A DNA stretch of 64,000 nucleotides, taken from positions 24,988,001 through 25,052,000 of the forward strand of contig NC_058369.1 in assembly GCF_018350175.1 (NCBI RefSeq), written 5' to 3'. The notes under the pieces were generated by a model. That model had not been told where the DNA came from. It worked only from the letters and a program-made list of their open reading frames with translations, and did not search any database. Made by a program: the position numbers and the translations under genes. Shown piece after piece: positions 52,794 to 64,000 of the stretch; within the stretch, counting starts at the first letter, position 1, and every line of letters starts with the position of its first letter. Source of the stretch: Felis catus. Its lineage: Eukaryota.

Positions 52794-53023
52794 AATAAAG
52801 ACTATTTAAAAGGGAAAAAAAAAGCAAGTTGCAAAGTAAAATAAAAAATGACAACACTTATATCTGCAAAAATCCACCACAAGCTAATTTTTATACCTAT
52901 ATGTCTAACTAGGTCTAAATACCTGGAAGGAGACTAAACTGATAGCCAGGATTATACCTGGGGAGATACGTGGACTCAGTGCATGGCCAAGGGGCTGTTA
53001 GCTCTATTGCTGTTGTTTGTGGG

Positions 53024-53244
53024 TTTTTTTTTTTTTTGAGTTTATTTATGTATTTTGAGAAAGACAGCATGTACATGTGTGAGCGGGGGAGGGGCAGAGA
53101 GAGAGGGAGAAAGAGAATCCCAAGCAGGCTCTGTGCTGTCAATGCAGAGCCTGACATGGAGCTTGATCTCACGAACCACGTGATCATGACCTGAGCCGAA
53201 ACCAAGAGCCAGACGCTTAACCGACTGAGCCACCCAGGTGCCCC
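53024..53244 (-). mobile_element. Can-SINE
   Basis: Canonical SINE on the minus strand. Confidence 0.9.
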
Positions 53245-53340
53245 TGATTTTTTTTTTTTTTAATGATGAAAATGTGTGCAGTGTTACTTGCGTAATAAAA
53301 ACAAAATTGTTTTTTTTTTCTTTAAAATATTCACTTTATA

Positions 53341-53540
53341 GGGGTGCCTGGGTGGCTCAGTCGGTTAAGCGTCCAACTTTGGCTCAGGTCATGATCTCGT
53401 GGTTCATGGGTTCATGACCCACATCAGGCTTGGAGCCTGGAGCCAGCTTCTGATCCTATGACTCCCTCTCTCTCTGCCCCTCCCCTGCTCATGCTCTGTC
53501 TCTCTCTGTATCTCAAAAATAAATAAATGTGAAAAAAATT
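53341..53540 (+). mobile_element. Can-SINE
   Basis: TSD aaatattcactttata. Confidence 0.9.
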
Positions 53541-53844
53541 TAAATATTCACTTTATATTTTATGCCAAAGAGGTCCAAAGTAAATTAGAGATATCATGAT
53601 GTTCTATCCCTAAATACTTCAGAATTCATTTCTAACAAATAAAAACATTTTTATACCCTAAAATTATTTTTTTCTAATAAAAGAAACAGCAAAGATGTAC
53701 TAAAATATTAGGGTGACTCAATTAACCTATTTCAAAAAGCTAAGGTGATATCAGAGAAAAATCTAAATCCAAGTGTTGAAAATTGATTTAATGGTTATTG
53801 AAAGGTTTTCCTAAAAACATTATCATCATTATCCCAGCCCCTTA

Positions 53845-53986
53845 TTTTTTTTTTAATTATTTTTTAAAAGTAGGCTCCATGCCCAGCACGGAGCCCAATA
53901 TGGGGCTCAAACCTATGACCCTGAGATCAAGACCTGAGCTGAGATTGAGATGGATACCTAACTGACTGAGCCATCCAGGCAACCCC
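53845..53986 (-). mobile_element. Short, older Can-SINE type lacking the (CT)n region
   Basis: agtaggctccatgcccagc...actgagccatccaggca; TSD ccagcccctta. Confidence 0.8.
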
Positions 53987-54147
53987 CCAGCCCCTTACTT
54001 TTATACAACATTTTACATTCTCTTCTGTAAAACACTAATGATTTCACATACCGACATGTCAAAATTAGTTATATTTTTTTATTTCAGTCATTTGAATTAC
54101 AAAGGTAATAAAATGTAAAAGGCTATCATAACCGATGGAGCATCTTA

Positions 54148-54650
54148 ACCAAGGACTCCTAATTTAGAATCCTCAGACCCCCAGGGAGTGCATGGATAAA
54201 ATTTAGGACATCTGTGAACTTGGATGGAAAAAAATACATCGTTAGTCTCATTAACAACTGAAATTTAACATTTTCTTCCAGTTTGAATGAAGACCGCAGA
54301 TCACAGAAGCATTAGCAGACCTGTGACACTGTCATCATAGAAATCACTGTATTTTCAAACTACAAAGTGGTTGGTGTAGGTATTTCAAAATACCACTTAC
54401 TCTTATCATCTCATAGAAGGTGTATTAGTTATTAGACTTGTCTGCCAGATCTTGTTCCTTAAAGCTTTAAGAAGCTTATGTGTAATTCTTACCACCAATT
54501 TATAATTTAAATATTTTCCTAACTGTATTTCAATATAACTGGATTTTGTTGTAATCTTACATATTTGATTTTAGGCCCACATTGATGGTCTTCTGTGGGG
54601 AAGGGGTATTCACAGGTTTCACAAGATGTCAAAGGTTAAGAACCCTAGAA
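54148..54650. mobile_element. hAT-Charlie DNA transposon relic (Charlie4/MER113-like)
   Basis: tctgtgaacttggatggaaaaaaatacatc...; aggttaagaaccct terminus. Confidence 0.55.
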
Positions 54651-56813
54651 TTCAATCTCTTCTTCACATAATTCCAATCTCCCAAATAACCACTACCCAC
54701 AATGCAGTGCATATTCTTCGATGTTTATTCCTCTACAGAGACAAATATACAAATTTATATTTTGTGTGCTCTGTCATTGTGTTTTACATTTATATTTTAT
54801 AATATATGTACAAGTCTCTATAGGATTTGGGTATTCATGCTGTTTCCAGCTTTGGGCTATTATTTTTAAAATGCTGAAATAAAACTCCTTGTATATGACT
54901 CTTCATATACTGGTATTTAAAAAAAAAAATCATGATCAGTTTGGTTTATGGGATGTTTGTCCCAACAAAAAAATATAACCATAATTTAACCTTAAATTTA
55001 ACCATAAAGTCAGTTTTATATTATGAAATCAACAGAATAATAGCTAGTATTTTTGTACTTACTACGGACTAAGTCATAAGTGCTTTACATGAACTAACTC
55101 CTTTCAATCCTTACTACCCTAAGGGCACTGTTTTGATTTCAGTTTCCATGTGAGGAAAGTGAAGTATAGAGCAGTGTTCATTCTCTAAGCTCCCAAAGTG
55201 TGTGATTCTGATGACAAATTCAAACAAATAGGTATTCTCAGAGCATGAGAAGTCTCATCTAACACGGGCCCCATCAGTGTCACTTTGAAGGCAGTGGTAA
55301 ATGATGATTGACACTTGGTTACATCATTACCTTCTGAAGGTGTCTCCTGAAGCTCCTTAGAATTTCATCGTCACGGTGCGTTTCAAGAGGGAGGTCAAAG
55401 AGTAAAGATCACACTGATGATTACAACCCACCACCTAGTCAATTCAGCCAAAGGCTAGATGGAATGTGTCCAGTGTCAATAATGAGCAAATTTGCTATTA
55501 GACATGGCAGCATCAGAACCACCTCGAACACAACATAGGGTCTCCATTATGTTAGGCCCAAGAAATTTCACAGGCAGCAACAGTAGATCATAAATCCAAA
55601 ACAGAAAAAATGCCAACAGGTTAAATATAAGCACGTGCCAGTGAAGACCAGGCTTGGTCTCCTGGGTGGTCAAAGCCTTATTACACGCTCCCATTATTCA
55701 TCAAGGCCCCATGCTGGCCAGGGCAAGGCTAATCACTCTCCCCAGTTAGCAAGTTCCAGAACAGATCAAGAGAAACAAAACCACAGAAATGGTATCTTTT
55801 TAAATTATCTGGACTATGCTGAGCAGAGATAAAGTAATCCCTGCTGCTATTCAACATTTGCTTTAACATATCCTAGCAATGAAACATCATTTAGGTTCAT
55901 CGAGGCAGGAAAGTTCTTTCCCCCTTCTATATCCATATAACAGGGTAAATAATCAGAAAGCACAGGTAACAAAAATGTCATAAACCTCCAAGGTTTGCCA
56001 ATAAGAGGAGCTGAATGTCCTGTACATCATCTACTACCAGAAGCCATGGAGCCTAATGATTTCACTTTCTTCCTGGCCTGGGGGCCTTGTGGGGAAGCTG
56101 TGGAATCCGACCATCCTGGGCTTGAATCTACAATAAGCTAGGACTTTGAGCAAATTGTTTATCTCTCTGAGACTCAGTTTCCTCATCTTCAAAAGGGTAT
56201 GATAACACCTATGGTGACAGGGTGGTTGTGTGGATTCAGTGGATCTTATCCCATCCCCACTCATGGTTCAGCCACCTGCTCCCATGGGGAAGCCCCTTCA
56301 GAAGGGAAAGGATGCCCCCCAATACTAGCTCTACCTGTACTGGTCCCATCCCCGCCAGTCACAAGAGGGGCCTGGGCCCTGCCAGGGGCAGCAGGAGGGA
56401 CTCTTCCCAAAGACGAGGTATAAGCAAACGCCCCATATAAAGTCACATACTTAGCAAGAGACCAGCAATACAGTTGAAAGAAATGGGCCAGAGAAACATG
56501 AGAACAATCCCTGTTCTGAGTTTCTGAATGAGAGTCAACTGCCCTGAACTGCATTTCTACCTCTCACTGCTAGAAGGGGTACAAACCTGCTCATGGGTTT
56601 AAAAATATTTATACTCTTTTAGCTAGGAATTTCGTATTTTATCCATTTTATCCTACTGATAAAAGATTACACAGATACTCTTAAATGCCTGTCAATGTTA
56701 TTTATAATAGTAAAAAATTATAATTTACCTAAATATCCAATAAAGGATTGGCTAAAAACAACTGGTGCATTCATCTAACAAAGTACTATATAGTTATTAA
56801 AAATAATGTTCTT

Positions 56814-57030
56814 GGGGTGCCTGGGTGGCTTGGTCAGTTAAGCGTCCGACTTCGGCTCAGGTCATGATCTCACGGTCTGTGGGTTTGAGCCCTGCGTTGG
56901 GCTCTGTGCTGACAGCTCAGAGCCTGGAGCCTGTTTCAGATTCTGTGTCTCCCTCTCTCTCTGCCCCTCCCCTGTTCATGCTCTGTTTCTCTCTGTCTCA
57001 AAAGTAAATAAACGTTAAAAAAAATTTTTT
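56814..57030 (+). mobile_element. Can-SINE (feline type)
   Basis: TSD aaataatgttctt. Confidence 0.92.
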
Positions 57031-58493
57031 TTAAATAATGTTCTTAAGGAACATTTTAGGATGTGGTGACATGATCTCAATGTAGTAAATGAAAACTTCA
57101 GGAATAAATTAATATGTGTTATGATCCCAATTTTTAAAATTTGTGCTTATACAAACTTAAATATATATGCTACTTAGGGATACACATATTGTAGCAAGTT
57201 TATAGACAGGCAAGGCAACAATAAACATTAAACATCAGCAGAGCAAGGGGTTTGCAAGGACCTTCCGCTTTTTTGTTAAGGGCATATTTCCTCAGTTGCA
57301 TTGGTGGTTACATTTTATATTATCTTTGATGCCATTTTGTATGTCTGCACTATTCATAATGAAACGTTTTAAAGTGTGTGCATAAAATGCCAAGAAGATA
57401 ATGCACCAAAATGTAGCTACTGCCTTGAGGTGGGATTATTAATGACTTGTCTTATTCACATTGTCCAAATTTTCTACAAAGAACATGTATTCATTCCTTT
57501 TCATCTTTTACATTGTTTTTATCACTGGAAACTATTTCATGCCTGCCCCAGAACTCATTTATTTTTTGAGAAAGGATGCTTGGTGCTAGGCGGTGCCCTC
57601 CATCAGGGGCTCACCTGGTTCTTCCACCAAGGGCCTCTCCTAGGGCATCATGAACACTGGCTCTTCACTCAGGCATCTCTCTCCCGTTAGAAGTTAAACC
57701 AGAAAAGTGCTGTGGGGGAAGCAATGTCCCTGAAACCATCCCACTCGTATCCTCTGACGTGAGAGGAGATTTGTAGGCGGCTGCTAGGAGCACTCTCCAC
57801 TCTGCAGTTTGTTCTCAAAAGCATAGGTTGCCTTTTTTTTTTTTTTCCTTTTTTTTCTGGAATAGTTTGTGTTCCATCCTGCCAGGAAGCTGGGGGCTCA
57901 GCCACTGGCTCGGATAAAGCGGTGGGAAAAATTAGAGAACAATTATAGCGTCAACTAGCATAGGCATTCCATCACAATTCATTTTCCACCAAGTGCTGGG
58001 GGTGGAGGGTGGGAGAATAATTCTTTGGAGATACATCACCATACCTTAAGACCCTTCCAATTCCCTTTTTAAGAGGAACTCTTAAATGGGGTCTTGGCTG
58101 AGCTCCACTGGGCCCATGAAATCACACGTCAATCTTGTAAAATTTTCTTGAGTCCAGATTCCCAAAAGAGTCCATGATCCCCCAAATAATGGAAGATTCT
58201 TGTCTGAAAAAATAAGCTTTTTTCTTAGCTTATACACTCCTATTTAGTCTGTAAGCCCAAGTTCAATAGGAGGTTAGGAGGAAAAACTCCTTTCCAGTCA
58301 CCTATCAGAATTGCCATCTGAGGCTTTAAACTAAAGCAAGATGTCAGCGGGAATGTTTGGGGTTATCATCACTCAGACACCCTGAGGGGCCCTATACATA
58401 CTTTTTAATCAAAGGGGGAAGATTTCCTCTGTGTTAATATCTGCCTACTCTATGCCACAGATATAGTTCTTTAAAAGAACTATAGGGTATGTA

Positions 58494-58720
58494 GGGGCTC
58501 CTGGGTGGCTTGGTCGGTTGGGCATCCGACTTCGGCTCAGGTCATGATCTCACGGTCCGTGAGTTCGAGCCCCGTGTCAGGCTCTGTGCTGACAGCTCAG
58601 AGCCTGGAGCCTGTTTCAGATTCTGTGTCTCCCTCTCTCTCTGCTACTCCCCTGTTCATGCTCTGTCTCTCTCTGTCTCAAAAATAAATAAACGTTTAAA
58701 AAAATTAAAATAAAATAAAA
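58494..58720 (+). mobile_element. Can-SINE (feline type)
   Basis: TSD gggtatgta; CpG-rich body. Confidence 0.92.
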
Positions 58721-59138
58721 GGGGTATGTATGTTAAATTCTACACACACATTAGGGTTCACTGTTTTTTTTTTTTTTTTTTTTGCTTTTAAAAACCAATC
58801 AAACAATAAGTAAAAACCAAGAGCTCAATGTATATGCAGCATTGAGCTGCAACGCAATGGAAATTTGACCATGATCCCCAAAGGACCCCATCCCCTCATC
58901 TAGTAACTTCTTATTGAAACTACACATCTGATGACTATCTTTCCACTTATTAAATGGAATCAAAATTGAGAGTTACTAGTATTATTTTCCCAAACCCTCA
59001 CATCCTCTCATATGAGTCATCCATCAGAACCCACCTTCTTCTTAGATACTTTCCACTACACATAGAAACAGTTTCAAGCAACTCTTCAGTAATGCTGCTG
59101 TTAGTTAAGGGACTGTAATTACTGAGCTATTGCCATTT

Positions 59139-59357
59139 AAAAATTTTTTTTTCAACGTTTTTATTTATTTTTGGGACAGAGAGAGACAGAGCATGAACGG
59201 GGGAGGGGCAGAGAGAGAGGGAGACACAGAATTGGAAACAGGCTCCAGGCTCTGAGCCATCAGCCCAGAGCCGGACGCGGGGCTCGAACTCACGGACCGC
59301 GAGATCGTGACCTGGTTGAAGTCGGACGCTTAACCGACTGCGCCACCCAGGCGCCCC
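59139..59357 (-). mobile_element. Young feline Can-SINE (SINEC_Fc type)
   Basis: CpG-rich, near consensus; TSD a(g/a)ctattgccattt. Confidence 0.95.
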
Positions 59358-60596
59358 AACTATTGCCATTTTAAAGCATCTTCGAGTGACCTGCAAAGGC
59401 CATTTATTTATTAGAACACTTAATTTATTGGACTCATCTATTTATTTAGACATTATTGCCTTTTATGGAAAATAATGTGAGTGACTGCACCTCCTACTTA
59501 TTCAGTTCAAAATATGTCTGCTGAATGGCTATTAGGTAGAAGGCATGGAAAATCAGTACCACTTCTCCCAAGGCCTCATCTTGATCTGTCACACATCTTA
59601 TCATTTCCATATGACTGGGATTGTCAGTAAACCTAGAACACACCAGTTTTCATGTCTTCTAACAGCTTCTAAGAGTCTAGGAGATTTGTAGGGTCTTTCT
59701 AACTTTTACATTTATTATAATACTATGTGATAATATCTGTAGGAAACTTGTCCCAGGTTCTAGAATCTGTCTGCCAAGATTCAGGAAAAAATGACAGGCA
59801 AATTAGAAAGGAATTTGGCCATAGCATAACCCTAAGCATAAAGCTAGATTTCTATAAAAGTCTCTTTATTGTAACAAAACATGTTATGAGATGATTAAAA
59901 GAGGGGGGGTGTGGAGAGAAATGTCTTTTGTAGCCGCACCAAGAGAAAAGAGGTTGGATCATTCATTATATGAGACTTAAGTGACCTTCATGAGAAGACA
60001 AAGTCATTGATGCCAATCAAGACAAAAACCAAGTCACAACTCATAAATAATCTTTTCATATAAGAGAGTTTAGTGGTTTTTTAATTTAAAAACTTCTAGA
60101 GACATGTTTTCCTGAAAAATAAATATAGTATAATGTAGTTGAAGAAATATGTATGATGAGGTATAATTGTAGAAACGACTAAAGTCTTACCTAAATCAGT
60201 ACATCTCCCTGGGCTTCTGTTCATTTTCAAAGTGAGAGGACAGAAGTAGATGGTGGCTAAGGTTCTTTCAATTCTAAAAGTCAATGATTCTAATAATTCC
60301 CACAAAATTAAAAACATTCAAACAACAAAAACCTTACTGCTACTAAGAGTTTCATTGACTTCACCTGTCAATAATAAAACATTCAGTGAGTAAAGTAAAA
60401 CCCAGAAGAACATCATCTTTTTGTCCTGTTACCATGGTATCCTAGTAAACTGGTCCAACTCCATCAATCTGATGGTCTAAAGACTGGAACAAACACCATA
60501 TGGTGAAATAAAGATGTCCAAGTACATTAATTAGACACCAGCTCAGGATCATTCCATCATGGCTATTTGCATCACAGAAAACTCTGCAATAATTAG

Positions 60597-60797
60597 AGGT
60601 GACTGGATGGCTCAGTCAGTTAAGCGACAGACTCTGGATTTCGGCTCAGGTCATGATCTCACGGTTCATGAGATCAAGCCCCAAGTCGGGCTCTGTGCTG
60701 TCAGTTCAGAGCTTGCTTGGGATTCTCTCTCTGCCCCTCCCCTGCTTGTGCCCTCTCTCTGTCTCTCTGAAAATAAATAAATAAAAACATTTAAAAA
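60597..60797 (+). mobile_element. Can-SINE
   Basis: Canonical head, body and tail. Confidence 0.88.
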
Positions 60798-62038
60798 TAA
60801 CTGGAAGAGCATTGTTTATACTGGAAGAACATTTAACTAAATGCTGTCATATGAGAACCCAATAATCCATGTTCAACAAAGTTCCAAATGTTCACAATGG
60901 TTTCAGAGGACTTGATCTCAAACTTTTTTTTTTTAACAAATGGGGAAACTGAGGCCCAGAGAGGAGATTCAACTTGCCCAAGGTTGCACTGCTAGTTATA
61001 GGCAGAGCCAGGATCATGACCCGGTTCTTAATTATTAGCACAGAAGCCTTCTCATCTCATAACAATGGCTTCTGTGGTTTCCACAGAGGAGAAGACCAGG
61101 TCCCAAAGCTGGATGGATCCACCATGCACAATGACCAGACTCCAAGGAAGTACAGATGATGGATGGACACAGGGATCCCAGGAGGGCCTGAATATCCACC
61201 CCCAGCCCTTTGATAATAAGTGCATTGGAGGCCCATGTTGGCTTCCCAGTTGTGTCACTGGGGAGACAAGCCATACAAAGAAAGCTGCTGAAATTAAGCA
61301 CCGAGGACACAGCCTGAAAAATTCAAGAAAGTTCTTTGCCTCTCTCATCACCAGCACTCGACTAACATGTCATTAAATATCTTTTGCAAACTTCTGCTTT
61401 TAAAGAAAAACAGAAGGCTCACGTTTGGTGGGTGCCTAGTATGTCCCAGGCAGTGTGCTTGGTAGTCTCACTTTTGTCGTTTTATTTGATCCTCACAACA
61501 ATCCTGTTAGGTGACGTCTTTTCATCCCTATTTTCCAGATGAGAAAACAGAGGCAAGGAAAGGTGTCACATAAATGGTAAGTGTAGAATCTGGAGTCAAA
61601 CGAAGATCTGTTAAGTCCAAAGTCACTCACTCTGCCAGCTGCTGGAGACTTCTCCCAGCCTTTGGGCACCGGCTGCCTGACCAACTCACTAACTTCCCTG
61701 TAAGGGAGACAAACATCTGACCATCTTCTGGAACCAGCCTCTAAAACAGCACAGTGGCATTTATCTAGACTCTACTCAGATGCACTGATTTCATACTTCA
61801 TTTCATGAGAAACACAAAAACAAAAACAAAACATGAGCAATAAACAGCTTGGCTTGGGAGCTTAAGTCGGCCACGCAGCTTTCTCCAGTCAAGTGAAATG
61901 TCAAAAAGAGTTTTCCCCAGGTCACAACTCCCATTGTCGGTTCCTGGAAGCCCACCTATGGCACACAGCATGTTGACAAACAGATTCAGAGCTGAGACGT
62001 GTTCTCACGGCAGAGGAAACAGGAAGTGCTGTACTTAC

Positions 62039-62101
62039 GCTTATGTCGAGACTGCAAAGGCTAACGGCATCCTCATCTTGGGTGCTCTGCTTGCGTTTTC
62101 G
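62039..62101 (-). CDS. ARHGEF3: Internal coding exon (63 nt, phase 0-0) of Rho guanine nucleotide exchange factor 3, long-isoform N-terminal region; encodes RKRKQSTQDEDAVSLCSLDIS
   Basis: Minus strand reads tctatcgtttgttttgcag|CGAAAACGC...GACATAAGC|gtaagtac, with canonical acceptor and donor, 21 open codons and locally retained CpGs. The peptide matches my recollection of the human ARHGEF3 long isoform (...NFRG RKRKQSTQDEDAVSLCSLDIS EPSNKRV...). Confidence 0.92.
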
Positions 62102-64000
62102 CTGCAAAACAAACGATAGACAAGGTTCAAATGCAAACAGGGATTATGGCTTTGATTAAGGGAAGAAAAAAAGCAATCAGTCGAATGGCACATGCAACCC
62201 TTGCCATTTCTACCGTGTTTCCCGAAAACCTTTAACCAACCTATGTAAATGAACAATTCTAAGAAAGCTTAAGAAATCATGGAGAAGCTTCAAACTCTAA
62301 GGTAATTGGTTTACATTATTCTGATTCCTGCTGCTACAATTTTTTTTTGTATTTCCTTTTTTCCTAAATGTCTTTATATATATATATTTTTTAATTTTTT
62401 TTCAACGTTTATTTATTTTTGGGACAGAGAGAGACAGAGCATGAACGGGGGAGGGGCAGAGAGAGAGGGAGACACAGAATCGGAAACAGGCTCCAGGCTC
62501 TGAGCCATCAGCCCAGAGGCCGACTCGGGGCTCGAACTCACAGACCGCGAGATCGTGACCTGGCTGAAGTCGGACGCTTAACCGACTGTGCCACCCAGGC
62601 ACCCCAATGTCTTTATATATTAAGGCTTAGATATTTAGATGCAAAGTTCAGATTCTGACTAACTTGGAAGAAGATGCTAGACCGGAAAGGAAATCTAATT
62701 CACTTGAAGATATTTCATTTCTAGAGGAGCTTTGTACTTGGGTAATTTAAATTTAAAGTTCTAAACTTCATCCAGGATCCTGATATAATCACAGAACCAG
62801 AATGCTGGAACAAATCTTAGACATCATCTCCAATCTTCCTGTTTTATAGCCATCAACACCAAGAAAAATCATTACTGGAACTGAAGAAAACTGTATTTGA
62901 AATGAACTTATGACCATCTGCCAGGTTAGATGTGGAAAATATATTTTCTTCTTTATAAAAAGAAAAGAAACTCCATCTACAAACCATAATAGAGCTCATC
63001 AGGGATACATTCACCTCACTTCTGCATTCCAGCTCAACCAACCAAGCAAGTATCACTTGAGTCACTATGGTGTGACTTTTTAAGTCTCCTGATCATAACT
63101 TGGCAGAAACTTACCAAAGGGCCAGAATCACTGGCATGAAGTTCCCATGGAATCCAGAGACATGTTAGTCTTCAATCCCTAAAGAAGCCCACCTCTTCCT
63201 CCTCCTCTATCATACCCTGAGCAGGAAAGACAGCAAGTGGAAAGCAACCAGAGCCATCCTTGTCTGTCTTACTACAATTGTCCTAGTATTTCTTCAAATC
63301 AATTCAAGGAAGATTTGTTGAACATCTATCATGAGCCTGGCCCTGCTTTTGCTTCTGGGACTGCAAAGACCAGCAGCAGCAGAGAGTGAGTTCCTTAACT
63401 CACATTCTTTCAGGAGGGACAGACCCTGAAGGAATTAACTAGAATGTAGAAAAATCCAAACATCCTAGGAAGGTCACTTCACTTTTCTGAGTTACCCCTT
63501 CTCAACTCTTAAGGTGGGAGTGATGATATTAGCTTCTACTCTCAAAGGGAGAGGAGTAAATATGGTAATGCATTTTAGAGCTTAGCAGAGTGCCTGGTAC
63601 ACAGTGGGTGCCCAAAACATGGCTTAGAAGACTCTGCAAGCACAGTGAGTAGTTTAGCGTCGGTGAGGGTTGGAGAGGTCTTCTCAGAGAAGAAGGTGTT
63701 TGCGTAGGCCAAAGATATTGGGAGGGGACGAGGGCCTCTTGTTCCATAGCCAGCCGCCTAGATCTTTAGAACCCCACAGGTGCACATAGTTCTGTCCAGA
63801 GAAATGGAGTTCTAGATCTTATATATTATTCCATTTGAGCAGTGGAATGATTTAGAGATGAAGGCCAGGAACCAGGATACCAAATCAGCCATCTGGGATG
63901 GTGCTCAAGAATCTGCATTAACAAACTCACCAGGTGATTTTTAGGGGGTCAGATACTCTATTCAGGGGCTTTGAGGGGAGCCCTGAAAAAATGGGGAGAG
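62102..64000 (-). other. ARHGEF3: 3' part of the ARHGEF3 intron upstream of the RKRK exon
   Basis: Ends at the AG acceptor (62103-62102) preceded by a pyrimidine tract. Confidence 0.8.
62382..62605 (-). mobile_element. Young feline Can-SINE, about 280 bp upstream of the ARHGEF3 exon acceptor
   Basis: Perfect 15-bp TSD aatgtctttatatat (62367-62381 and 62606-62620). Confidence 0.95.

Larger units (their letters stand above)
1..62038 (-). other. ARHGEF3: Large intron of ARHGEF3 downstream of the RKRK exon; it extends past the left edge of the window
   Basis: Begins at the GT donor at 62038. I did not find the next known exon (EPSNKRVKPL...) or the MVAKDYPF first exon in the window. The region is repeat-dominated. 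Confidence 0.8.

Noticed and set aside
59280..59357. tRNA-like sequences with A/B boxes
   Set aside because: They are heads of tRNA-derived SINEs with (CT)n, A-tail and TSDs; not tRNA genes
1..64000. Prokaryotic-type systems (CRISPR arrays, operons, defence islands) or a novel multi-gene system
   Set aside because: The sequence is mammalian intronic DNA with no regular repeat-spacer arrays, long ORFs or compositionally foreign segment

Overview
Mammalian genomic DNA. It is CpG-depleted and carries about 30 tRNA-derived Can-SINEs of feline type plus carnivore L1s, so the source is almost certainly a felid. The window is nearly all intron of a minus-strand gene. I recognise one coding exon, 62039-62101 (-), 63 nt, phase 0-0, encoding RKRKQSTQDEDAVSLCSLDIS. 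From memory this matches the N-terminal extension of the long isoform of ARHGEF3 (XPLN, a RhoA/RhoB GEF). The remainder is the large downstream intron, filled with SINEs, L1/L2/MIR, MaLR LTRs and hAT DNA-transposon relics, with a few unique enhancer-like islands. Nearly all ORFs in the supplied track come from repeats or chance. I see no convincing novel multi-gene system. The most notable structures are: (i) a ~124-bp near-perfect inverted copy inserted with a complex junction (25343-26154); (ii) an antisense L1 nested in a sense L1, forming a ~0.8-kb hairpin with a 42-nt loop (16429-18077); (iii) candidate unannotated ARHGEF3 exons (38421-38543 and 29194-29292); (iv) a three-level nested SINE cluster (8860-9765). 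Repeat family names are by-eye assignments and boundaries are approximate unless target-site duplications (TSDs) are quoted.
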